DNA of 64,000 nucleotides from Alphaproteobacteria bacterium (GTDB lineage: Bacteria; Pseudomonadota; Alphaproteobacteria; SHVZ01), in NCBI GenBank assembly GCA_044223515.1, contig JBGALV010000005.1, positions 15,689 through 79,688 on the forward strand. The letters run 5' to 3'. Numbering within the stretch: position 1 is the stretch's first letter; each line of letters opens with the position of its first letter. Shown piece after piece: positions 36,826-46,172 of the stretch. Under the pieces are notes generated by a model. That model saw only the letters and a program-made list of their open reading frames with translations. It was not told where the DNA came from and did not search any database. The position numbers were made by a program, and so were the translations under genes.

Positions 36826-38616
36826 GTGGCCGCCTCGATCGATCGCCCGCCGAGCCGGAACATGGGCGCCTTGCGCCCGCTCTGGCCGTTCCTCAAGCCT
36901 TATCGGCTTCGCATCGTCGGCGCCGGCTTCTTCCTGCTGGTCGCGGCGGCGACCGTGCTCGGCCTCGGCTGGGCGCTCCGCCACCTGATCGACGACGGGC
37001 TTGCCGGCGGCAACGCCCAGCTTCTCGACCGCACGGTGATCGCGCTTCTTGGCGTCGTCGCGGTCGCGGCCTTCGCCACCTTCGGGCGCTTCTACCTCGT
37101 TACCTGGATCGGCGAGCGGATCGTCGCCGACCTCCGCAGCGCCGTCTATGCGCGCGTCCTGGCGCTGAGCCCCGGCTTCTACGAGGTGACGCGCACCGCC
37201 GAGATCATCACGCGGCTCACCACCGACACGACGCTGGTGCAGACGGTGGTCGGGTCCTCGGCCTCGGTCACGCTCCGCAACATGCTGATCGTGATCGGTG
37301 CGACGGCGATGATGGCGATCACCAGCACCAAGCTCACGCTGATGGCGCTGGCGGTGATCCCGCTCGTCCTGGTGCCGATCCTGGCTTTCGGCCGTCATGT
37401 CCGCCGCTTGAGCCGCGAGAGCCAGGACCGTGTCGCCGATGTCGGCGCCTATGTCGACGAAAGCCTGGGCGCGATCCGCACGGTACAGGCTTTCACCCAC
37501 GAGCCTCTCGACCGCAGTCGGTTCTCGACGCGGGTGGAAGAGGCCTTCGACGTCGCCATCCGGCGGACCTCGATGCGTGCGATCCTGACCGCGATCGTGA
37601 TCCTGCTGGTCTTCGGCTCGGTGGCACTGGTGCTGTGGGTCGGCGGCCACGACATGCTTGCCGGCCGCATCACGGCGGGCGCGCTGTCCTCGTTCGTCTT
37701 CTACGCGATCCTGGCGGCCTCGTCGGCGGGTGCAATCAGCGAGGTGGTCGGCGACCTCCAGCGCGCCGCCGGCGCGATGGAGCGCATCATCGAGCTGCTG
37801 AAGACCGAGCCCGCGGTGCAGGCGCCATCCTCGCCGACGCCGCTGCCGGTTCCGGCGGAAGGCCGAGTCGCCTTCGAGGGCGTGCGCTTCCATTATCCGT
37901 CGCGTCCGGATCGGGCGGCGCTCGAGGGCCTCACCTTCGAGGTGAAGCCGGGCGAGCGGGTGGCGCTGGTGGGACCATCCGGTGCGGGCAAGACCACGGT
38001 CTTCCAGCTTCTGCTCCGCTTCTACGATCCCGATGGCGGGGTCGTCCGGCTCGACGGGGTGGCGTTGCCCGAGGCCGATCCGGCCGACATACGCAGGCGC
38101 ATCGGCCTGGTGCCGCAGGAGCCGGCGATCTTTTCGGCCGATGCCTGGGAGAACATCCGCTACGGCCGGCCGGAGGCGACGGACGAGGAGGTTCGTGCCG
38201 CGGCGGTCGCCGCCCACGCGGCCGAATTCCTCGACCGCCTGCCGGAGGGGTTCAGGACCTTCCTCGGCGAGAAGGGCGTGCGTCTTTCCGGCGGCCAGCG
38301 CCAGCGGCTTGCGATCGCGCGGGCGATCCTCCGCGACGCGCCCGTTCTGCTGCTCGACGAGGCGACCAGCGCGCTCGACGCCGAGAGCGAACGCGCAGTC
38401 CAGGATGCGCTCGACAAGCTGATGGCGGGCCGCACGACGCTGGTGATCGCGCACCGCCTCGCCACCGTGCAGAAGGCAGACCGCATCATCGTCATCGATC
38501 AGGGCCGGGTCGTCGCGACCGGGACCCACGACGAGCTGGTGAAGCAGGGAGGTCTCTACGCGCGGCTCGCGGCCCTGCAGTTCGACCGGCCCAGGCTCGA
38601 GCCGACTGCCGGCTAA
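36826..38616 (+). CDS. Fused permease/ATPase ABC exporter, ABCB10/Mdl1-like
   Basis: Six-TM domain with FYEVTRTAEIITRLTTDTTLVQ. Walker A GPSGAGKTT, signature [14 protein letters not shown], Walker B LLLDEATSALD. GTG 36826 lies 11 nt after cyaY; ATG 36862 is an alternative. Confidence 0.9.
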   Translation: MAASIDRPPSRNMGALRPLWPFLKPYRLRIVGAGFFLLVAAATVLGLGWALRHLIDDGLAGGNAQLLDRTVIALLGVVAVAAFATFGRFYLVTWIGERIVADLRSAVYARVLALSPGFYEVTRTAEIITRLTTDTTLVQTVVGSSASVTLRNMLIVIGATAMMAITSTKLTLMALAVIPLVLVPILAFGRHVRRLSRESQDRVADVGAYVDESLGAIRTVQAFTHEPLDRSRFSTRVEEAFDVAIRRTSMRAILTAIVILLVFGSVALVLWVGGHDMLAGRITAGALSSFVFYAILAASSAGAISEVVGDLQRAAGAMERIIELLKTEPAVQAPSSPTPLPVPAEGRVAFEGVRFHYPSRPDRAALEGLTFEVKPGERVALVGPSGAGKTTVFQLLLRFYDPDGGVVRLDGVALPEADPADIRRRIGLVPQEPAIFSADAWENIRYGRPEATDEEVRAAAVAAHAAEFLDRLPEGFRTFLGEKGVRLSGGQRQRLAIARAILRDAPVLLLDEATSALDAESERAVQDALDKLMAGRTTLVIAHRLATVQKADRIIVIDQGRVVATGTHDELVKQGGLYARLAALQFDRPRLEPTAG

Positions 38617-39746
38617 AGCCCGGCGACGGTCTCCTCGACCAGCCAGCCAACCACCCGCTTCAGCGCCTCGGCCGGTGCCGCACCGGCGGCGACCGCGTCC
38701 CGGTAGACCTGCCGTTGCCGGTCGGCCGAGGTGCCGCGCTCGAGGATCGAGCGGGCGTGGGCGACCTCGCTCTCGCAGCCGAAATGCGCCGCGTCGGGAG
38801 CGATCAGCTCGAGGATCTCCTCCAGCAGGTCGCGATAGGGCACGACGATGCCCTTGCCGAAATCGACCATGCCTTCGTGATGGCCGTAACGCTGCGCCCG
38901 CCAGCGGTTCTCGTAGACCAGCATCCTGGCGTAGATCCGCCAGCGCTGGTTCGAGCGGCGGAGCCTCCACAGCATGCGCAGCAGGCAGCGATAGAGCGCG
39001 GCGATCGCGATGCCGTCGTCGAGGCGGGTGCAGACGTCGGTGATGCGCATCTCGAGCGTCGGGAAGCGGGCCGACGCCCTGATGTCCCACCAGAGCTTGC
39101 TCGCGTCCTCGATCAGGCCCGCCTGCACCAGGATCTGGATGTGGCGCTGATACTCGCCCCAGCTGGCGAAGGCTTCGGGAAGGCCGGTGCGCGGTAGCTC
39201 CTGGAACACGCTGATCCGGTAGGACTTGAGCCCGGTGTCCTCGCCGCGCCAGAACGGCGAGGAAGTGGAGAGCGCCAGCAGGTGGGGCAGGAAATAGGCG
39301 ACCTGGCTCATCAGGTCGATGCGCAGGTCCTCGTCCTCGATGCCGACATGGACGTGCATCCCGCAGATGACGAGCCGCCGGGCGACGCCCTGGAGGTCGC
39401 GGGCGAGCTGGACGTAGCGCTCGCGCTCGCTGTGCTTGACGTCACCCCAGTCGGCGAAGGGATGGGTGGAGGCGGCGATCGGCGCGAGGCCGTGCTCGTC
39501 TGCGAGCTCGGCGACCGTGCGACGAAGTTCGACCAGCTCGCCCCGCGCCTCGGCGAGGGTGGCACATTTGCGGGTCGCGACCTCGATCTGGGACTTGAGG
39601 AACTCGGGCATCGCCCGCTCGCCGAGCCGCTGCTGGGCGGAGGCCAGCATGGCCGGCGGCGGCTCGATCGCCAGCGCGCCGGTGGCGCGCTCGACCAGAT
39701 GGTACTCTTCCTCGATGCCGAGGGTGAAGCTCGGTTCGGCGGGCAT
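38613..39746 (-). CDS. Carboxylate-amine ligase (YbdK / glutamate-cysteine ligase family 2)
   Basis: FTLGIEEEYHLV N-terminus and GMHVHVGI are typical of GCS2. Length is 377 aa. Confidence 0.9.
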   Translation of the reverse strand: MPAEPSFTLGIEEEYHLVERATGALAIEPPPAMLASAQQRLGERAMPEFLKSQIEVATRKCATLAEARGELVELRRTVAELADEHGLAPIAASTHPFADWGDVKHSERERYVQLARDLQGVARRLVICGMHVHVGIEDEDLRIDLMSQVAYFLPHLLALSTSSPFWRGEDTGLKSYRISVFQELPRTGLPEAFASWGEYQRHIQILVQAGLIEDASKLWWDIRASARFPTLEMRITDVCTRLDDGIAIAALYRCLLRMLWRLRRSNQRWRIYARMLVYENRWRAQRYGHHEGMVDFGKGIVVPYRDLLEEILELIAPDAAHFGCESEVAHARSILERGTSADRQRQVYRDAVAAGAAPAEALKRVVGWLVEETVAGL

Positions 39747-39863
39747 GCTCCCGGAACGCTATCAGAAGCTCGCCGGCTGTCGCCACCGGCCCACCCGGTC
39801 GGTGCTTTCTCCGCTTAATTCTTTGTTAACGCTGCCCGGCGAGCTTGTAGCGTAAGAGGGGAG

Positions 39864-41594
39864 ATGCAGCGCTTCGAGCGAATCGTCCATTGGATGGATT
39901 GGCGCCTGGCCGTTCGGCAGCGGGCGTCGCTGGGCGTACTCGGCCTGATCATCGTCCTCGCCGTCCTGATGGGAGCGATCGCGACCGCGACATGGCTGCG
40001 CGAGGGCGCGGTCGCGGATCAACGCCTCCGCCTCGACGACGTCGCGACCGTGCTCGCCCAGCACGCCTCCCGTACCGCCGACAGCGTCGATCTCGTTCTC
40101 GGCATCCTCGCCGAGCGCATCGCGGGAAGCTTGCCCGAGATCGCCGAGGACGCGGCCGAGATGCGCCAGCTGCTGCGCGATCATGTCGCCGGGCAGCCCT
40201 ACATCCGTTCGGTCCTCTTCCTTGACTCCGACGGCATCGGCCGGGGCGACTCCGAGGCGTCGCCTGCGCGTCCGATCGACGCGTCGGACCGGCCCTATTT
40301 CCTCCAGCACGTCGTCCAGCCCGGACGCGACCTGTATATCGCCACGCCCGTCTGGAGCCGTGTCTCGAACCAGTGGACCGTGGTCCTGAGCCGGCGCGTC
40401 CAGTCTGCCGACGGCACGTTCCACGGCGTCGTCGCCGCCGGTCTCGACCCTGGCGTCTTCTCGGATTTCTATCGCGATCTCTCGATCGGCGGCATGAGCA
40501 CGATGTCCCTGATGCGCAGCGACGGGATCCTGATCGCCCGGCATCCGAGCGAGAACGCGCTGATGGCGGCGCCCGTCTCGATCGAGAGCGAGACCGACCC
40601 GCGTCGCGTGGTCTCGGCGATCCGGACGGTCGACCGATACCCGCTCATCGTGATGATCACGATGTCGCTGAAGGCCGCGCTCGCCGGGTGGGAGCACCAG
40701 GTCATGGTGATCGGCGGCGCGACGCTCGTCACCTTGATCTTCGTCGGGGTGGTCGGCTTCTTCCTGCTCGACCAGTCCGATCGCCTGGAGAAGACGGTCG
40801 GTGCGCTCGCTTCCGCCCGGGACGAGGCGATCCGCGCCCGGCTTCGCGAGGAGGATGCCGGTCGCGCCAAGTCGACCTTCCTCGCCAACACCAGCCACGA
40901 GCTGAGGACGCCGCTCAACGCGATCCTCGGTTTCTCGGAGGTTCTGCGCGACGGCCACGTCGGCATCCTCGAGCCCAAGCAGCGAGGCTACGCGGCCAGC
41001 ATCCACGATGCCGGAACCCATCTGCTCGGCCTGATCAGCGATCTCCTCGACATGGCAAAGATCGAGGCGGGCGAAGTACGGCTGCGCGAGACCGTCGTCG
41101 ATCTTGGCGACGTCATTGCCGACGGCATCAAGCTGACTGCGGGCCGTGCGACCGATCGCGGCATCGTCGTGATTCCCAAGGTCGAGGGCGGCTCGATCGC
41201 GATCCGCGGCGACGCCCAGCGCCTCCGGCAAATCACCCTCAACCTGCTCTCGAACGCGATCAAGTTCACGCCGGCCGGGGGGCGTGTCTGGGTCGAGGCG
41301 GTGATCGATCCCGGCGGCCGCCCGACGCTGACCGTCAGCGATACCGGCATCGGCATGTCGCCCGAAGAGATCGAGGTGGCGCTGACGCCCTTCCGCCAGG
41401 TCGAAAGCCCGCTGACGCGCGAGCACGACGGGACCGGCCTCGGCCTGCCAATCGTCAAGGCGCTGATCGAGCTGCACGGTGGCTATCTCAAGATCGAGAG
41501 CGAGCGCGGCATCGGTTCGCGCGTGACGATAAGCCTGCCGGCGTCGAGGCTGACCGGCGGATCGCCGGCGGACATCAGGGCGGCCGCCACCTAG
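39864..41594 (+). CDS. Sensor histidine kinase with periplasmic Cache-like domain; no cognate response regulator nearby
   Basis: Two TM segments flank a roughly 240-aa extracytoplasmic domain. H-box SHELRTPLNAILGFSE, N-box LLSNAIKFT, G1 DTGIGM, G2 GTGLGLPIV. There is no receiver domain. Confidence 0.9.
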   Translation: MQRFERIVHWMDWRLAVRQRASLGVLGLIIVLAVLMGAIATATWLREGAVADQRLRLDDVATVLAQHASRTADSVDLVLGILAERIAGSLPEIAEDAAEMRQLLRDHVAGQPYIRSVLFLDSDGIGRGDSEASPARPIDASDRPYFLQHVVQPGRDLYIATPVWSRVSNQWTVVLSRRVQSADGTFHGVVAAGLDPGVFSDFYRDLSIGGMSTMSLMRSDGILIARHPSENALMAAPVSIESETDPRRVVSAIRTVDRYPLIVMITMSLKAALAGWEHQVMVIGGATLVTLIFVGVVGFFLLDQSDRLEKTVGALASARDEAIRARLREEDAGRAKSTFLANTSHELRTPLNAILGFSEVLRDGHVGILEPKQRGYAASIHDAGTHLLGLISDLLDMAKIEAGEVRLRETVVDLGDVIADGIKLTAGRATDRGIVVIPKVEGGSIAIRGDAQRLRQITLNLLSNAIKFTPAGGRVWVEAVIDPGGRPTLTVSDTGIGMSPEEIEVALTPFRQVESPLTREHDGTGLGLPIVKALIELHGGYLKIESERGIGSRVTISLPASRLTGGSPADIRAAAT

Positions 41595-41670
41595 CGGTGC
41601 TTGTCAAAGCCGCCGCCGCCGCCCACTCTCGGCGGCGAACGATCTCGGTCGAGAAAGCCTGGGAGGCCCG

Positions 41671-42504
41671 ATGTTCCAGCCCGATCTGCTCAAGGGAAAG
41701 CGTATCCTCGTCACCGGCGGCGGCAGCGGGCTCGGCAAGAGCATGGGCCGGCGCTTCGTCGAGCTCGGTGCGGAGCTGCTGATCTGCGGCCGGCGCAAGG
41801 AGGTCCTGGCCGAGACCGCGGCCGAGCTCAAGGTCGGTAACCGGGCGGTCGGTACTCACTCGGTCGACATAAGAGATCCCGATGCGGTCGAAAAGATGAT
41901 GGACTGGGCCTTCGACGGCGGTCCGATCGACGTGCTGGTCAACAACGCCGCAGGCAACTTCATCGCCAAGACCGAGACGCTGTCGCATCGCGCCGTCGAC
42001 TCGGTCCTCGGCATCGTTCTCCATGGGACGACCTACGTCACGCTCGCCGCCGGCCGGCGCTGGATCGCCTCCGGTCATAAGGGAACGGTGCTCTCCATCC
42101 TCGCGACATACGCCTGGACCGGCTCTCCCTATGTGGTGCCGAGCGCGATGGCCAAGGCCGGCGTCCTGGCACTGATGCAGAGCCTCGCGGTCGAATGGGG
42201 CGGGAAGGGGATCCGCACCGTCTCGATCGCGCCAGGCCCGTTCCCGACCAAGGGCGCCTGGGACCGGCTGGTGCCGCCGTCGATGGTGGACCAGTGGGAA
42301 AGGGCGGGCCCGATGAAGCGAGTCGGCGAGCACATCGAGCTCGCCAACCTGGCCAGCTACCTGGTTTCGGACATGGCCGGCTACATCAACGGCGACTGCA
42401 TCACCATCGACGGCGGCCGCTGGCTGCAGGGTGCCTCGATGTTCCACCACCTCTCCGAGCTCAGCGAAGAGCAGTGGGCGGCGATGCGCCCGAAGAGGGG
42501 CTAG
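41671..42504 (+). CDS. SDR family oxidoreductase (2,4-dienoyl-CoA / enoyl reductase-like)
   Basis: [14 protein letters not shown] cofactor motif and the SAMAKAG catalytic region. Length is 277 aa. Confidence 0.85.
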   Translation: MFQPDLLKGKRILVTGGGSGLGKSMGRRFVELGAELLICGRRKEVLAETAAELKVGNRAVGTHSVDIRDPDAVEKMMDWAFDGGPIDVLVNNAAGNFIAKTETLSHRAVDSVLGIVLHGTTYVTLAAGRRWIASGHKGTVLSILATYAWTGSPYVVPSAMAKAGVLALMQSLAVEWGGKGIRTVSIAPGPFPTKGAWDRLVPPSMVDQWERAGPMKRVGEHIELANLASYLVSDMAGYINGDCITIDGGRWLQGASMFHHLSELSEEQWAAMRPKRG

Positions 42505-43592
42505 CGCCGCTCCGGGAAAAGGCCCAGCAGCCCTTCCTTGCTGGCGGCCGCGACGCCGCGCTCGGTCACGAGTCCGGTGACCAGGCGGGCCGGCGTCACG
42601 TCGAAGCCGTAGTTCACCACCGGCGATCCGTCCGGGATCACCTGCACGGTGGCGATGCGGCCATCGTCGGTGCGTCCGGTGACCCGCGAGACCTCGGCAC
42701 CGTCGCGCTCCTCGATCGGCACTTCCTTGACGCCGTTCCTGATCGTCCAGTCGATCGTCGGCGAGGGCAGGCAGACATAGAACGGCACGCCGTTGTCCTT
42801 GGCGGCGAGCGCCTTCAGGTAGGTGCCGATCTTGTTGCAGACGTCGCCTTCCGACGTCGTGCGGTCGGTGCCGACGAAGCAGAGGTCGACATGGCCGTGC
42901 TGCATCAGGTGGCCGCCGGTGTTGTCGACGATCACGGTGTGGTCGACGCCGTGGTTGTTGAGCTCCCACGCGGTGAGGCCGGCACCCTGGTTGCGAGGCC
43001 GCGTCTCGTCGACCCAGACATGGATCGGGATGCCGGCCTCGTGGGCGAGATAGATCGGTGCCGTGGCGGTGCCCCAGTCGACCGTCGCGAGCCAGCCGGC
43101 GTTGCAGTGGGTCAGGATGTTGACGGTCTTGCCCGGCTTTCTCGCCGCGACCTGCCTGATCAGGTCGAGCCCGTGCATGCCGATCGACTTGTTGATCGCC
43201 ACGTCCTCGTCGCAGATCTCGGCGGCGCGGATCCAGGCCGCGGCGGCCCGGTCCCCGGGCGCCAGCGGCACCATCTTCGCGCGAACGTCGTCGAGCGCCC
43301 AGCGGAGGTTGATCGCGGTCGGGCGTGTCGCCAGCAACACGTCGTAGGCCTTGGCGAGGCCGGCATCCGACGGATCGGCCTTGAGCGCCAGCGCCATGCC
43401 GTAGGCAGCGGTGGCGCCGATCAGCGGTGCGCCGCGGATCAGCATGGCGCGGATCGCGTGCGCCGCCTCGTCCAGCGTTTCGAGCCGGGTGGTGGCGAAG
43501 GAATGCGGCAGCCTGGTCTGGTCGATGACCTCGACGGCACGGCCGTCCGCGCTCGGCCAGATCGTCCGCCGGTGAACGCTGCCGACCTTCAT
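42501..43592 (-). CDS. mtnA: S-methyl-5-thioribose-1-phosphate isomerase
   Basis: [39 protein letters not shown] and [18 protein letters not shown] are eIF-2B-related MtnA motifs. Confidence 0.9.
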   Translation of the reverse strand: MKVGSVHRRTIWPSADGRAVEVIDQTRLPHSFATTRLETLDEAAHAIRAMLIRGAPLIGATAAYGMALALKADPSDAGLAKAYDVLLATRPTAINLRWALDDVRAKMVPLAPGDRAAAAWIRAAEICDEDVAINKSIGMHGLDLIRQVAARKPGKTVNILTHCNAGWLATVDWGTATAPIYLAHEAGIPIHVWVDETRPRNQGAGLTAWELNNHGVDHTVIVDNTGGHLMQHGHVDLCFVGTDRTTSEGDVCNKIGTYLKALAAKDNGVPFYVCLPSPTIDWTIRNGVKEVPIEERDGAEVSRVTGRTDDGRIATVQVIPDGSPVVNYGFDVTPARLVTGLVTERGVAAASKEGLLGLFPERR

Positions 43593-43655
43593 GGGATGCT
43601 CCTCGGCCTCGAAAGGCCGCGACCATAAGCGCCGCCGCCTGGCGGTGCAATCGCG

Positions 43656-44222
43656 TCAGGACATGCGCGAGGTGGTCTGCTCAGGCACTTCGCCGGTCAG
43701 CGCATAAGGCTCGGTATAGGCGACTACGAACCGGGGCTCGCCGGCATCGTCGGCAAAAGGCATCAGCAGGCGCTCGAGCAGGGCCACCGTCCGCATCTGG
43801 ACCGGCCGGTGGACGACGTAGAGGGGACGCCCGAGCTCGAGGCAGCGGTCGTACTTGGCGGCGAAGAAGGGCGCGATCGGGCCGGCGACCTCGCGGAGGC
43901 GGTGGCCGGTCAGGTCGCGGCCGAACTGCTCCGCCGCCTTGGTGCCGTGCAGGCGGTAGAGATAGTCGCCGTCCTCCAGGCGCTCGAGGATCATCAGGGT
44001 GCCGAGCGCCTGCGGGTGGTCGAGCGGGTCGAAGTCGCGCTTGGCCGGCAGCGACGCCGCGCCGCGCTTCTCCGACCAGTAGCGGTGGAGGTCGTGGATC
44101 AGCGGGTTCGCGATGGTCTCGCGGCTGACTTCGGCGGTCTCCCGGTAGCGGATCCCGGCCAGCTCTTCCGTCAGGTCGTCGGTCAACGCGTCAGGCCCTC
44201 CCTGGCGGGCGCAGATCGGCAT
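43656..44222 (-). CDS. PAS-like domain protein (PAS_5 / PF07310-type, function unknown)
   Basis: LHRYWSEKRGAASLPAKRDFDPLDHPQALGTLMILE...YRLHGTKAAEQFGRDLTG matches the pattern I recall for this Rhizobiales-abundant family. Confidence 0.65.
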   Translation of the reverse strand: MPICARQGGPDALTDDLTEELAGIRYRETAEVSRETIANPLIHDLHRYWSEKRGAASLPAKRDFDPLDHPQALGTLMILERLEDGDYLYRLHGTKAAEQFGRDLTGHRLREVAGPIAPFFAAKYDRCLELGRPLYVVHRPVQMRTVALLERLLMPFADDAGEPRFVVAYTEPYALTGEVPEQTTSRMS

Positions 44223-44280
44223 TTCCCATCGACTTAAACGACGATGCTTTATTCCGGGTTAACGCCCCCGCCGCGACGGC

Positions 44281-45171
44281 TCAGGTCTTGAACCTTGGGT
44301 CGAACCAGTCCCGGAGGGAGTCGCCAAAGAGATTGAAGGCGAAGACCGCGAGGCTGATCGCGAGGCCCGGGAACAGGATCATCCACGGCGCCTCGCGGTA
44401 GAAGTCCGAGGCGTTGCCGGACAGCATCAGACCCCAGGCCGGCGTTGGCTCGGTGACGCCGAGGCCGAGGAAGGACAGCGACGCCTCGAGCAGGATCGCC
44501 TGCGCGATGTAGGCGGTCAGCATGATCAGGTAAGGCGCGGCCACGTTCGGCGCCATGTGCCGGAAGATGATGCGGCTGTTGCTGTAGCCGGCGGCGCGGG
44601 CGGCGTCGACATAGGGCATCTCCCGGACCGAGAGGGCGGCCGCGCGGATCACGCGCTCGACCTTCGGCAGGATCGGGATGGCGATCGCGACGATCAGGTT
44701 GATGTCGACGCCGCCGATCACGAACTTGCCGAGCATGGCCACCACGACCAGCGCCAGCACGATGAGCGGGAAGGAGAGGACGACGTCCACCAGTCCCTGG
44801 GTCACCAGATCGATCCTCCCGCCGAAATAGGCGGAGGCGACGCCGAGGGCCGCTCCCAGCGTGCAGCCTATCAACGAGGACAGGAAGCCGATCGTCAGCG
44901 CGGTGCGGGCGCCGTAGATGACGCGGGAGAGGATGTCGCGGCCGAAGGCGTCGGTGCCGAACCAGTGCTCGATGCTGGGCGGCGCCAGCATGGCCCCGAA
45001 GTCGAGCGCGACCGGGTCGTAGGGTGCGACCCACGGCGCGAACAGGCCGGCGCCGATCATCACGACGATGACGACGAAGGCGATGGCGCCGAGCGGCTGG
45101 GCGATCGTGAAGGCGACCACCGGATGGCGGCGCTTCGGCAGCGCGTAGGTGATGGCGGGCGCCGTCGTCAT
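44281..45171 (-). CDS. ABC transporter permease (DppC/GsiD-like)
   Basis: EAA-loop region YVDAARAAGYSNSRIIFRHMAPN. The start ATG overlaps the upstream permease stop by 1 nt. Only the last 296 codons of the listed 990-aa ORF are genuine. Confidence 0.9.
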   Translation of the reverse strand: MTTAPAITYALPKRRHPVVAFTIAQPLGAIAFVVIVVMIGAGLFAPWVAPYDPVALDFGAMLAPPSIEHWFGTDAFGRDILSRVIYGARTALTIGFLSSLIGCTLGAALGVASAYFGGRIDLVTQGLVDVVLSFPLIVLALVVVAMLGKFVIGGVDINLIVAIAIPILPKVERVIRAAALSVREMPYVDAARAAGYSNSRIIFRHMAPNVAAPYLIMLTAYIAQAILLEASLSFLGLGVTEPTPAWGLMLSGNASDFYREAPWMILFPGLAISLAVFAFNLFGDSLRDWFDPRFKT

Positions 45172-46121
45172 CAGTAGCGGATCCGGGGATCGAGGGCGGC
45201 GTAGAGCACATCGACGATCAGGTTGACGGCGATGAAGATCGTGGCGATCAGCATCACCATGGTCTGGATCAGCGTGAAGTCGTTGCGCGAGACCGCCTGG
45301 ACGAACAGCTTGCCGATGCCGTTCAGGTTGAACACCTGCTCGGTGACGACGAGGCCGCCGATCAGGAAGGCGAATTCGAGGCCGATCACCGTGATCGCCG
45401 GCAGGAGCGCGTTGCGCATCGCATGCCGGGAGACCACGAGCCGCTCGTAGACGCCCTTGGCGCGGGCGGTGCGAATGTAGTCTTCCTTCATCACCTCGAT
45501 GATCGAGGAACGCACCATGCGCGCGACCACCGCGGCGTAGCGGTATCCGACCGCCGCCGCCGGCCAGATCAGCTGGGAGAGATTGGCGATCGGGTCGACG
45601 TAGATCGGCGTGTAGGTGATCGGCGGCAGCCAGTTGAAGAAGCCGAGCAGCGACAGGATCACCAGCATGCCGAGCCAGAACGACGGCACGGCGAGGCCCG
45701 CGATCGTGAACAATCTGATAACGTAGTCTATCCACGTATCCCGGAAGAGAGCCGAAAGCGTGCCCAAGGGTATCGCGATCAGCACCGCGATGATCGAGGC
45801 GATGATCGCGACCTCGATCGAAAGCTCGATGCGCGCGGAGATCTCCTCTGACACCGGCCTGTCGGTCCACATCGACTTGCCGAAGTCGAAGGTGGCCATG
45901 CCCTTCATCCAGTCGCCGAACTGGTTGATCAGCGGCTTGTCGAGGCCCATGCGCTTGCGCTCGGCCTCCAGCGTCTCGGCCGAGACCGTGCCGCCGTCGC
46001 CGCGGAGCTTCACCTCGACGATGTCGCCGGGGACGACGCGCAGCAGGAAGAAGATCAGCACCGCGACGCCGAACAGCGTCGGCACCATCATCAGCGTGCG
46101 GTTGGCGAGGTAGGAAAGCAT
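45171..46121 (-). CDS. ABC transporter permease (DppB/GsiC-like)
   Basis: MLSYLANRTLMMVPTLFGVAVLIFFLLRVVPGD and EDYIRTARAKG. Confidence 0.9.
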   Translation of the reverse strand: MLSYLANRTLMMVPTLFGVAVLIFFLLRVVPGDIVEVKLRGDGGTVSAETLEAERKRMGLDKPLINQFGDWMKGMATFDFGKSMWTDRPVSEEISARIELSIEVAIIASIIAVLIAIPLGTLSALFRDTWIDYVIRLFTIAGLAVPSFWLGMLVILSLLGFFNWLPPITYTPIYVDPIANLSQLIWPAAAVGYRYAAVVARMVRSSIIEVMKEDYIRTARAKGVYERLVVSRHAMRNALLPAITVIGLEFAFLIGGLVVTEQVFNLNGIGKLFVQAVSRNDFTLIQTMVMLIATIFIAVNLIVDVLYAALDPRIRY

Positions 46122-46172
46122 CGCTTGCGGAACCGCCCCCGCCCCGTCGGGACGAGGGCGTTCCTTTTCCGT

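Noticed and set aside
43656-44222. The PAS_5-type protein as a candidate novel sensor system with mtnA or the SDR.
   Set aside because: It is a single small gene of a family that is abundant and scattered in Rhizobiales genomes. There is no coupled output gene or tight operon linkage here, with 63-nt and 58-nt gaps and unrelated neighbours.
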